A DNA stretch of 64,000 nucleotides from Polymyxa betae A26-41 (Eukaryota; Protista; Endomyxa: Phytomyxea), in NCBI GenBank assembly GCA_003693705.1, contig RBZT01000768.1:1-64000 (forward strand), written 5' to 3'. This document shows, piece by piece, positions 37,463 to 49,272 of the stretch. The translations under genes were made by a program, and so were the position numbers. The notes under the pieces are model-generated. The model was given only the letters and a program-made list of their open reading frames with translations, did not search any database and had not been told where the DNA came from. The first letter of the stretch is position 1. Each line of letters starts with the position of its first letter.

Positions 37463-38643
37463 TTACAAAGAGGGATTCTGGAGAATTAGCGGATGTAATA
37501 CCGACATTGATACGAGAATGGCTTCTTCAGTTCGAATAGTTCCGCTTCCTTGATGTACACAAGTATTGATATAATCATCAAATAGTTCTTCGGCCCGATT
37601 ACAGGGTAGGCGCTCATCGCCTTCAACACAAGACTCAATGCCACCAAGTCCACCAAACACAATCAGAAGATGCTTGAATGGCCGCAGTTTAAAATCTCGA
37701 TCTTGAGCTATTTTCCCACGCTCTGATGTTCCCAGAGCAAGATCATAGCCGCTTTCATAGGGACAGTTTGAGAATACTTCTGAAAGACCAGCTGCCATGC
37801 GGGTTGTGTAACCCCAATACAACCCCAGATCTTCTTTAGGACGTGTTGGTGATACAGCAGTACCTTTAGCACCTAATATCCCATTCGGTTAAATTCAGAT
37901 AGCAATGACAAGGACGAATTACATTTGCAAACATTAGCAGGATTGGTTAAGGAAACAGTGATACGAACATTGGCAGGAATCTTATCTGGAATAAGAACAT
38001 GCTGTCTGAGACCAACATCGACAAGAGTGCCATGATCGGTATTCTTCACAGAAACACCCTCTCGATATTTACATACTTTATCAGCACGTAGATGATGTGG
38101 TGCATCTAATGGGTTTAGAAGACCAGCATATCTGTAGATACAGAAAAGGGATTCGTAAAGATCCAGATGCAGAGTTCGATTACGACCGACCTGAGATCTC
38201 GATGAACAGGAAACAGAGATTTTCGCAAATATTGTGGGCATTCCAGATATTGAAGTATTCTAGCTAGGAAGACGTTCTCGTTGGTCTTTTTCGAGTTCTT
38301 CTCGAAGTTACCTTCTATGGCTTGTTTGGATCCATCCTAAAGATGATTCATTGTCACTAGAGATAAACGGCATTTGTAAACGGATATGAACCTCTGAAAA
38401 CACGATAATTTCATCAATGTTGAAGATGGTAGCGGCTCTTGCAATCTGTCCAGCTAGATATGTTTTAAGCTCTGTAGTCTGAGCGTTCGAGATGATACTG
38501 CCTGGAAGAGCTAATGAGACCGTATAGCTCCTAGGTCTGGAAATCTGATCCAATGATGTGTGTTTCTCAGCAGTCCTCGTATCGGATTGCAGCTGGTCAG
38601 AATTGTTTTCATTTTGCTCCTGAACTCTGTTTCGTTTCCCCAT
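37463..38643 (-). CDS. SPOUT1: SPOUT RNA methyltransferase C9orf114/SPOUT1
   Basis: TVSLALPGSII.NAQ..ELKTYLAGQIARAATIF.IDEI, GLLNPLDAPHH, YWGY, GTSERG, QGSGTIRTEEA. Confidence 0.93.
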
Positions 38644-39504
38644 GAAATCAGCAGAAAACGAAATTCTTTGAAATGGCAAATGTTACAGCGTTACCGCGCA
38701 GTTGTCGTCAAATTTCTTAAAAAGTCCGGAACATTAAAGCTATCCGTAATTTGGCTCAAACTGGATTTAGTCAACAGCCGTCAAAGAGAGTCTAGGATTC
38801 CGCTGAGCCTCCCAGTGAGCTTTCGGTCACATTAAAGTGGATGTGAAACTGTTTTAAGCAATAAAAGTGGACGTAGTTCCAGTTTCAAACTCTGTTTAGC
38901 TTTATTACTTATTTTTGTGTGATCTGTTGTTGCGATTTTGAATGGATAACCCCTTGGGATCGACTCAATTTGCATCTAACGTCGAAAGAACATCTTCCGG
39001 TCCCGGAGAAGCAGGCGCTGATCTGAAATCTGCACGGAATCGCAAGCGGAAACCACCTGAGCAAGCTAGTGGAATCTAACCACTGCATTTTTTCCGAATA
39101 CAGCAAGGGAAGGAACCATCCCACAGCTCGATCCAAATCTAAATCGAATTCGCGTTCAGATCCTGAGCTCTCCCTCTCAGAAGGCGACATCATAAAAACA
39201 GGGTTTACAGACATCCACTTTCCAATAATAAACGGAAGAACACAGTCACACCCACTTTGTGATTCTGTGACTGAAACTAGACTTGAAAAGTGGGTTTATA
39301 TTTGCGGATTTCTTTATTATTCTTAAAAATTTACTTCTAGGTTTGGGGTAGTTTGCAGTGTTTCAGCGCTTGCACCATCGTTTTTGTGGTGTCTGATCAC
39401 TCATCAGTTTCTCTAGTGAATCTAGTCTACCTCTCATTTGAAGCTTTGTCGCACACGAGTTTTGCGACATTATAATATCATCGACCGATAAGCTAATAGG
39501 CAAG

Positions 39505-39625
39505 CCTGTTAATTAAGACCCTGTTACGCTTCAATACCAGGGTCCAGGGTCTTATTTCACTTTTCAGGTTCTATTTCAGGGTTCTGGGCTTATTAGCCGG
39601 AGTCTTAATAGACGGAATTACTGTA
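39505..39625. mobile_element. Remnant of a Tc1/mariner-pogo-type MITE end
   Basis: Reverse complement at 39625 reads TA|CAGTAATTCCGTCTATTAAGACTCCGGCTAATAAGCCC with repeated TAAGACCC/TAAGCCC subterminal motifs; inverted TAAGACCCTG pair at ~39514 and ~39545; no intact partner end found. Confidence 0.45.
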
Positions 39626-39976
39626 TTTGTATTCATTTCCTGCCGGATTCCATACTGGAACTGTGCAGACTACAGACTACCTGCTTTCTCTGGCATATTT
39701 AATTAAAGCTGGTAACAAAGTTGATCCGCCACCACCCATGAAGCAACCAACGTTCGCCACGCCGACTTGAATTACAAAACTTCCGAAAATGGAGCAGCCG
39801 TCTGCTGAAATTTTCAGCAAGAAAATTCGAACCCGGCCAAAGCATCTGAGACAAATCGAGATGAAAACTACAGCGGATTACGTGTTGATTCGCTCTGGTC
39901 TACCACATGTCCTGAAGAAATACCATTGTTCCAGTTCACAATCAGACTGATGTCAAGTATAGTTCTTATAAATTTT

Positions 39977-40413
39977 TAGGGCTCCGATCGAATCGAATTC
40001 GAATTCGACCATTTCTAACAAACAGCCTTGAAACAAAATATTAGTTAAAAGATCAAGAATAGGACTTTTTTATTTAAAAAATGAAAATTCCAAACATTAA
40101 CGCTGATATTGATTTTTGATTAAGAATGCTTCGTCGGATTCCAATTTGATGGTGCTGCGCGACAGATCCGAAGTCGTTTTCGACAAGATCCAAACGGCTC
40201 CTCTTCCTCACCCTCCCAGAGGCAACCATTTTAACAATGCGAGCCGCGGCTACATCGCGGACTCAGCAATTTTTTTTAAAAAATGAACTGAAAATTAAAA
40301 AAAAAAAAAACTTCGAACCACCGAATTGAATCAGGGGGGTCGGCTCGAGGCTCGATTCGTCGAATCAAAAGTTCGCGAATCATCGAGCTGATTCGGGCTC
40401 GATCGGAGCCCTA
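39977..40413. mobile_element. Non-autonomous hAT-type MITE (437 bp)
   Basis: Perfect 15-bp TIR TAGGGCTCCGATCGA...TCGATCGGAGCCCTA; TATAAATT at 39967-39974 (2 extra T before the TIR) and at 40414-40421 as 8-bp TSD; TCGA-rich subterminal repeats. Confidence 0.85.
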
Positions 40414-40981
40414 TATAAATTCATGTTTTTCTGAACTTAGAATGTCGTGGGATCTTTAAAGTTTTTTTAAGTATTGTTCTGCTTCCTGATATGAATGAAA
40501 TGACTTACCAATTTTCAGGTTTTTACGTTTTATTCGAATCCTATCAAAAGTTACAAACCTACCTTCTTCTAGTATCAAGTAAAAACTTGACAAGTTATCA
40601 TGGAGGGTAGTTCTGAGGTGTCTCCTGTCATAAAAGTCACGACTGCCATTCAGTCTTGCAAAACGATTTGACCATCTGGCTCGTATTCAGATTGCTATGT
40701 TGCCCATGCAAACAGTTTCTACATGGAGGCGTTATCAGTATACGTTTTCGGGACACACCTAAATCTTAAACCTCGCCAATATTGCTGCAGATGTCCAATA
40801 TTTAGTGATTGCTCTTCTCAAGGGGGTTTTGTTCCAATCTAACAACCCGAGTTTCTTTGGAATCCCGCACGAATCTTCGGAATAATGTCTGGCTCTCGTT
40901 TGTGGCTAAATGTAGAATTGGAATGTTGCATTACACTTCTACAGAATTCGTTATGATTATGACGGGTGTTGGAAAGCGATC

Positions 40982-41632
40982 ATGACGTCGATTTTGCCGA
41001 CCCGAATCTTGTGCCCATATCATGAAACAAGAGAGTGTCGTATCTCTCGTCCTCGGTTATCAACAAAGATACAGACTCCCAAGCTCAGCTGGATAGATCA
41101 TCTGTTATCACAAGCAAAGAATGGATTATTTGGAGCTCTATATATTATGTCAAAGAATATCCATCATACAGAATCATGGATGTTAGCCACATTCATTATT
41201 GAATTCTTTCATCTATTAGCATTTACTGTATGCTCTGTTAAGATAATCACATTGTGTTTACCATTGAAATTGTTCTAGTTCTCCGATGAAGCCCATTTCC
41301 CCTGGGATTCCAAAGTCGCTTCTGTCTTACATATTGCTCGATTTGATCTGATCAATTTCTTTGGTGGTCACAATGAGACCATCTGGTTTTCTATTCGCTT
41401 CTATTGTGGTTGTGGGTATTCTATCCATGATTATTCATGTTAGTCTGGCATTCACCAGGTAACAAACACCATCTATCTGCATTCGTTCAATCTCTTAACG
41501 TTCGCCCATCAGGAATAGGATCGGCTCAATTCTACCTCTGAGAATCTTGAGGGGAATTTCCTGGGACTTTGGTCAGCTTCCTGTTCGTTCCATTTCTGTC
41601 AACATTCGCCCAGATTAGTCATTGTCATGGTC
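40982..41632 (+). pseudogene. Truncated, frameshifted fragment of a TmcB/TmcC-like (PAS-associated multi-pass membrane) gene
   Basis: LFGALYIM...FIIEFFHLLAFT/FSDEAHFPW, ASIVVVGILSMIIHVSLAF, LPLRILR, FLFVPFLSTF...C; frameshifts near 41396 and ~41555; the rest of the protein is absent. Confidence 0.5.
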
Positions 41633-41679
41633 ATTCATTTACTACAAAAGCTCGCATATCTAATATACAAAATACGCCA

Positions 41680-43600
41680 TCATCCCAATTGCAAAGTCCA
41701 TTGAAATCGAGATGAAAACACGATTCTATCTACTTGACCATGACCTCCTATATCAACATAAATCCAATACCCAGGATGATGATGAACGATCTCAACATTT
41801 GAAATTCGTGATAGATCAATATCACATATACTCAGATATCTCAATATTATTGATATAATGATGTCTGATATTATGGGACATCCATTACGTAACATGTTTT
41901 ATATGCCTAAAAGTATTGAAGATATACTTAAAAATGAGAAAACGGATGATGGAGTTTATCTCCCAATTGATACAAATTTATACAAACAAAAAATTAATCC
42001 AATAAATTTAAAAACTCCAATGATGAACCCGCAAAAAAATTTAAACGACGTGATGAAAAATAAATTTTTTCAAGATGAAAAAATTACACAAATTAAACAA
42101 ACAATATTAAAAAGTAAATTAAATAATGAAATACTCTCAACAACAAGGTTAGTCCCGCCTGAATTTACAAGTTATAATTCTGATGTAATATCGGTTTTAC
42201 CAGATAAAAGCGAGAGACCCAGAGGTTGGCACCGAAGGCGTGGAGAAATCATTCATCAATGAGACTATCGCATTACAACAATCATATAGGAATCAGAGAC
42301 AAGTATTACCCATCATGTTTATCATTATATTGGTTGGATCCGTGGTATTCCTGTACTGGCCCATGGTGAAAACGTCTAGATCTGGGTATTAAATGTACCC
42401 GATCAATGATATTACTGTGTTCCAGCTCGAATATTGAATAGTGTGCCAGATATACGAGATAAGCTAACAACTATATAATCAACATATCTCTTCACACAAT
42501 CAATTCGTTGTATAAAACCAGAACATGACGTTTAACGAGATAATTGCGATTGTATGATGGGCGCTCATACATCGAGTTGGAGATCATTGAATTCATCTAA
42601 TACGGGTGCAACAGGGGGTGGTACTGGCTCTAGATCAGGTTTATGACATACTATAATGGATGAATTGCCATCATCTAGACCTGTATCATATCATACATAT
42701 GAATACAGATAGATATGATGATATATAGTACCAGATGGGGAACATATGATAGAAACTTCTTGAAATATATTCACCATCCATGGATATGCACGTAGTATAC
42801 GAAGTATACAATGTTCTGTTAGATTACGTTGTCGGGCCTATCATATCAGATGATGCTCAACGAGGGCCCCCCAGAGCACAAACCCTAAAACCCTACCTCC
42901 TCACCACGGAACAGAAATCGGAACGCTGTTCGATGATCTGGTATGATAGGAACACAATTGCGAAACTTCCCGAACTGTTTCGCTACGAATATCTCCACCT
43001 GTAACAGGTCAACTTCATGTCAGAGCAGAGGCCGATGGAACCGGGAGCGAGCGAGGGGCTGGGGGCCAGTACGCCCGCCCAAGTCCCATCCAATAGTACC
43101 TGGACGGAATCGGAGAATCCGGATATGGGGACGGGGTCCCAGTACGACACATGCCCGGGACACGATAGCTCCGGATACAGGCGATAATCATCAGCTGGAC
43201 CCAGGGCGTCCCGTACTGGCCCGGGCGGAGTCCGATCCGGACCAAGAATCGCCTGCAGCTCTGTACATCACATCGACATGAGTATTTGGCATGAGCCGAG
43301 ATAAGGCGATATGCAACCTGCAGGTCGGTATGTGATGAAGCAGAGATTCATGTTGCCTGTGTTCGGGCGTACTGGCTCCTGCCTGGGGTCTGATTGATGA
43401 TGGGTGGGGCGGACCCCGCGTCCCCACGCAAACTTTCCCGAACTCGTTTAGCATAGGCAGGCAGGTGTATCTGACGATAGAATTCGTGATGAGCGGATCG
43501 ATTCATGATCGATTTGATGAGAAGAAATAGATCAGAGCAGGGTGAGTAGGAGATCCACTTCATTATATCATTGATATTGATAATACTATGGCGTATCATG
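41680..43600 (-). CDS. Uncharacterised multi-exon gene, 3' end apparently interrupted by an insert
   Basis: A chain of in-phase GT-AG introns gives an open reading (ELQAILGPD...VEIFVAKQFGKFRNC...LRILRAYPWMVNIF...LISYIWHTIQ...SGSLA); no family recognised; 5' exons unresolved. Confidence 0.45.
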
Positions 43601-43740
43601 ATTATTGCTCATTATATACCATTATATAGACCATGTGATGTGTATCTATTGATATCATCATACATTCCATATCCATCTATATCTGTATAATTACAAATAA
43701 CCATCACCATGGACGATACTGGTCCGCGGTAAAGTCCGAA

Positions 43741-43767
43741 GAGCGAGAGAGAGAGACAGAGGAGAGA
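43741..43767 (+). promoter_or_regulatory. GA-dinucleotide tract in the divergent promoter upstream of eRF3
   Basis: gagcgagagagagagacagaggagag about 60 bp before the eRF3 ATG; function inferred from position only. Confidence 0.3.
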
Positions 43768-43826
43768 TTGAGATCGTGTTGTATATTGTGGGCTGATAGT
43801 CGGTCATTTGATTTAGATCGGACAAT

Positions 43827-45520
43827 ATGCCTGCATTTAATCCATCTGCAGCTGAGTTTGTACCTCGATTTGATGCTGCCGCATTCGTACCTGATGCACA
43901 GACCTATACTGATACTCAGGAGGCGAATTGGGACGACGAGGACGCCCAGGATCAGCTAAACGTCAGCATGGCTGCCGTCTCTGTCCAGAGCCCACCAGCA
44001 TCCCAGCAGCAGCAGAAGCAGCCTGAGCCTGAGCCTGAACCTGAGCCGATCGTTGAAGAAGAAGAAGATGAAGATGATCAGGAAGAGGAGATTGATCCCT
44101 CCAAGTATCACGATCCTCGTGAGAATCTCAATGTTGTATTCATTGGTCATGTTGATGCTGGAAAATCGACCATCTCTGGCAATCTGCTTGTAATTACTGG
44201 CCAAGTAGATCAACGTACTGTTCAGAAATATGAACGTGAAGCTAAAGAGAAGAATCGTGAATCGTGGTTCTTAGCATATGTTATGGATACCAATGAAGAA
44301 GAACGTATTAAAGGTATCACAACCGAGATGGGACGAGCATCATTTGAGACAGCTGCTAAACGTTATACAATATTGGATACACCTGGACATAAGACATTAG
44401 TTCCAAATATGATTATGGGAACAGCACAAGCTGATATTGGTGTATTGGTTATATCTGCAAGAAAGGGAGAATTCGAGACTGGATTCGATCGCGGTGGTCA
44501 AACACGTGAACATGCTCTATTAGCAAAGACTTTGGGTGTTGAGAAGCTCGTTGTTGTTATCAACAAGATGGATGAACCATCTGTTAAATGGTCTGAAGAG
44601 CGATATAACGAGATTGTTGGGAAATTGACACCATTCTTACGACGATGCGGATTCCAGCTTAAGAAGAATCTCTGGTTCTTACCATGCTCTGGTATGACCG
44701 GTGCTAATCTCATGGAACCTGTCTCCAAGTCGGTTTGCCCATGGTATGGTTTCCCTATTCGACTAGGGTCTAGGGTTTAGGCTTTGTGTTTAGGTTCAAC
44801 GAAGGTCTGTCGTTGGTTGGCCTGCTTGACTCTTTACCGTCGAATCATCGTGATCCAAAGGCGCCCGTTCGGATTCCAGTATCTGGCCGTTATAAGGAGA
44901 TGGGATGTACCTTTATTATGGGGAAACTTGAGGTCGGCACTCTCAGCCTGAAATCCAAGCTCTGTCTCATGCCGGGTCGTAAACGCATCGAACTCGTCAG
45001 CATCGTAACCGACGAGAAAGAGCTCGAGTACTGTCGTCCCGGTGAGAACGTCTTGCTCAAATGTCGTGGTGTTGAAGAGGAAGATGTTCGTGTTGGAATG
45101 GTTTTATGTCCTGTTAAATATCCATGCAGCGTTGCTAGTGAATTCGAAGTTCAAATGCAGGTTACTGAACTGCTTGAACATAAGCCACTTATCACCGCTG
45201 GTTATGAAGCTGTTATGCATATTCATAGTGTTATCGTTGAATGTCAGATCAACAAATTGTTAGCGGAGTTCGACCCGCAGGGACGAAAGAGAAAGCGCCC
45301 TCCTGTGTTTGTTAAATCGAACAGTATTCTGACCTGTGTTATTTCAGTTGAATATCCAATTGCGGTTGAGGTAAGAGCATCATCACATCACTTGTCGGTT
45401 TGTTGATCGTGCCAATTGTAGACGTTCGCATCTCGACCTCAACTTGGTCGATTGACTTTACGTGATGAAGGCAAGACTATTGCTATCGGCAAGATCCTTT
45501 CTTTGGTGCCTGCTGCTTGA
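43827..45520 (+). CDS. SUP35: Translation release factor eRF3 (GTPase), 3 exons
   Basis: PAM2 FNPSAAEFVP; GHVDAGKST, RESWFLAYVMDTNEEER, GEFETGF..GGQTREH, NKMD; last exon QLGRLTLRDEGKTIAIGKI. Confidence 0.96.
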
Positions 45521-45627
45521 TTGCACTCGCTATTCCTCAGTTCAAATAAAAAATACATTCTTAAGCATTGATTGATACCATGTATTAACAGTATTTGATA
45601 CTTATTGGCAGTTTTACCATTAACGAC

Positions 45628-47964
45628 TTAATCCACTTTAATCGATCCATAAATTTTCTTGACAAAAGCCAAAGTCGCTAGGTAGCCGATCGTTCCAGTG
45701 ATCAAAAAGAAAGCTGTAGAGGCTAGCGACATGTACCCAAAGAACAGTACTGTCGAAGCAAGTTCCTTTATACGAAGATTTGTGCTGAAATACATGATCG
45801 AATATAAGAACAGATACACTGCTGAAGCACCAGAGGTGAAATATGACCTCCACCACCACTGGTAATCCTCACTGTTGATGGATAAGACAAGTTTTTAAGA
45901 AAACAACAAAAAAACGCACCTGCACAAGTGGAAGTAGCACATGACAATAGTGATTTCGGCACAAGTGATGGCCAAGATTGCAAAGACAATGAACAGGAAC
46001 CCAAACATGTAGTAGAATCGATGCAGCCACAAACTCGACATAATGAAGTAGATCTCAATAAAAACAGCACCAAAAGGAAGCATTCCTCCAACTACGAAGG
46101 AGAAGGCAGGGCGCATGTACCAGATTTGAGTAGGAATTTGCCTCGGGATTTGGTTCACTTTCACCGGCAACGGGTCTGAAGGCTTCTTGTAGCCGAAATA
46201 GCTGAATGTTCGCAATGAGCACAAACCAGGAATATACACGAGTTTGTTTTATACCTTCCCAAGTATACAAGCGGCACCGAGATACCAAACCAAAGCACTA
46301 AAAGCGCAAACAAAGTCCCGAACGGAACAGCTCCAGAAGAATGCTTCGACCAAACAATAATGTTGAGAAAGAAGAAGACAGCGAAATTGTAACCGGGGAA
46401 CAGCAAAGCGGTCAACAGAGTATTCTTTCTCCACTGAAGAAGACCGAACATCTTGTACGTTCTGGCAGAGAAGTACCCTGGAAACTAATTAGTTTGTTAG
46501 CACAGCATCTTAGAGATACAATACCTCCAGCAACTCCCATGAATACGAAGAGAAGGACAAGAGCAGTCATCAGACCACCACGGTTCGCTGGCGATAAGAA
46601 ACCGAGAACAGCGAAAAACATGGTAATAACAGACATGAGGGTGATCTGAACACCGCTACCGACCATGATGGAGAACAGTCCACCGTGACGAGGTGGTCGG
46701 AAAACATCACCGTGGACAAGCTTCCATCCAGTTTCTTCTTGCTGAGTTTCCTCATCCTGTTCCAGCTCGTTATATCGGCGGAAGTCACTGAGTAGTATGA
46801 GTGCAATCAGGAATCAACAGCCAGAATAAAATGGCCTACCGGTGAAGGGTACGCATCATAATCATGGCCACCATACCAGATAAGAATAGGACAATCATTA
46901 GTGAGTTAATGATCGACAACCAATGGATCTTGGAATCCGTCATTTTCAGATAGAGATCCCATCGCGAAGCCCACTTAATCGGGGATGGCTCAAACTCCAC
47001 GTCGTATGTCCAGATCAGCATAGAAGAGCCCTTGGGCTGCAAAATCAAATTGAGCTGAGGATTCACCATAACAGAATATCAGTACATTAGAGAGGCTCAT
47101 AGGCTCCGACGGGGAAGTGACTGGGCAGGTTTTAAGTTTCATCTTCTGCTGTCCAGCAACATCAGATGGCCAGTCACCATCGTACTTATGGTGCACACTG
47201 AGAGGAACAACCTCGAACCCAACGATACTGACAGCAATCAATAACAGCTTGAAGCTTCATACACAAGACATTACCGGCTGCCTTTATACGAGGCTGGGTC
47301 GTCGTGATAGAGCAAACGAATAGTGACATGGTTGTTAATATAAACTTCGCCTGGGATAGATGATTGAGGAGCTTCAGCACCGCCAACAAAACCCAATGGG
47401 AACCCTTGCTCGTAAACAATTGACTAAATACCCAAATAAGTGATCGAATGACCAAGTTTTGACCTGATGACCTCCTCTTCGGTTAATAGCTTGTCATTAA
47501 CATCTGTTGGAGCCAAATGATATTTCATCGCTGCTGGTAAATTATCGACAATCCTAAAGCGAAATTAAAAAAGTTATAGTTATACAGCAGGATTAGTACC
47601 AATGCACCCGATATTCGTCTGTAACCATTTTGATAAACTTTTCAGCAGCGTCCGAATTATCTATTGGCGTCCCACAGAGAACTTTACATTCCTCCTTAAC
47701 GCCCATAAGCAGTTGATAAGGAGAATTCTCTATGGTTTCACCAGTAAGGTGTTCCCCAAGATTTTCAGCCTTATGGACGATCTGATTCGGGCGACAGAAC
47801 GCCAGATCATAGTAATCATACTGGAGCTGGGTCCGGACAGAATTCAACCCTTTCACTTTTAAAGGAATTGGGTCACCATGTTCAAATTGGTGTGGCGCTA
47901 CACCAGGAAGGTAGAACCCTGTAGTCTGGGTCGCCAATAATATGGCCACGAAGACGAATATCAT
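45628..47964 (-). CDS. Transmembrane 9 superfamily protein (EMP70/TMN)
   Basis: FYLPGVAP, ENLGEHL.G, WASRWD.YL....IHWLSIINSL, LSPANRGGLMT, GGMLPFGAVFIE, C-terminal IYGSIKVD. Confidence 0.96.
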
Positions 47965-48323
47965 ATCGTCGGAGGCGATTCACAATGGTGTAGAATGCGG
48001 AGTGCGACAGTTGGTTGTTTGGTTGATCCGGTAATGTCCCTGCGATCGATGACGATGCCAAGACGATAACGACGACTAGTTAATCAATCAGATGTAAAAT
48101 GAAATATAGAAAGCAGATAAGAGAGAGAGAAATAGAGTGTGTAACAAAGCAGCAGTGACCGGGCCCTCATTCATATTTTAACTACAACTGTAACTGCTAT
48201 ACTGTCAATCAATAATGAAAACCATAGCCAAAGCCCGCCACCTTCAATAAATGCAAACTGCATGGTATAAAATAAAAACAAATTGACTGAATATTTGTTT
48301 ATATTTTTTGTTAGAGGTTTGAA

Positions 48324-48712
48324 CTAGAAACCGTGAACCTTGACTTCGTTTTTAGAGCAGATCTTGTAAGTCGTCAGAAAATCAAAGACATGCTTTCGCT
48401 GGTCTCCCTGCAACTGTATGACCTTGCCCATTTCTGGGTCGTTTACAATAGTCCCGTTGGTGGAATATGTCTTCTTCAAAGCCTATTCCAATGCATAAGA
48501 ATAATATTCCGACCTGGCAGATGTAAGCTTACAGTCAAAATTTTCCTTAAATCCAGATCGACAGCGAGACCCTGGATGGTGGTCAGGCTCTTACGACCGT
48601 TCCTCTGCTGAATACGGATGTGGACATAGTTGCCGTGCTCATGGGACTCTATATCGGTTCCCTCGGCGAAGTGGTCGGTGTTAGCGAATACTATATTGGT
48701 GAGCTTGGACAT
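48324..48712 (-). CDS. SUI1: Translation initiation factor eIF1
   Basis: YVHIRIQQRNGRKSLTTIQGL, spliced second exon with TFHQRDYCKRP-shifted frame giving NGTIV...GKVIQLQGDQR and ending VKVHGF*. Confidence 0.95.
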
Positions 48713-49272
48713 GGTGATTGAGGATGTGAAGCAGCTAACGTAGGTCTGTACTCTTCACACAGAGATGACGGCGACTAAATATTAATTTCGGACTGGCAGT
48801 TTCCAGAAAAGAGAAAACACCGTTAATCTAGGAAACTGCGTAATGACTCAACATTATCCTCATTAAGACAGTTCGCCAGCCAGCTTTTTCATGAGAACAC
48901 CTGCCTTAAATTTGGCTTTTGAACAGATATTTCCACATATTCTCCCATTAACAAGATACAACGCTTGGAGAATGTGTATTGGCGTAGAAAATTGGACACG
49001 ATATGTAGAGCAGAGGTTTGTCCATCGAGGCGGATCATGTGAATAGTCCAATGAAATCGCCAGAGCAAGCCATATTGTGCACATTGCACATCAGTAAATG
49101 CAAGTCAATGCTTGACGTAACAATACAAACGTCTAAATACAGCCCATTTTTATACAGCTGCACTACGCAATGGAGAGTGATTTTTCAGTGTTACATTTGG
49201 ATGGGTGTCAATTGAACCCAAACCCATCCAGCAATCCACTGTTTAGATTGACCATTATGATATCGGGTTGAT

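Noticed and set aside
44370-44410. eRF3 switch motif DTPGHKTLVPNM rather than DAPGH
   Set aside because: DTPGH is common in translational GTPases; no evidence of altered function.
49198-49230. 9-bp inverted repeat upstream of ATR, and GGAGGCC/GGCCTCC palindromes at 58726-58790
   Set aside because: Short stems with no recognisable ncRNA or terminator context.
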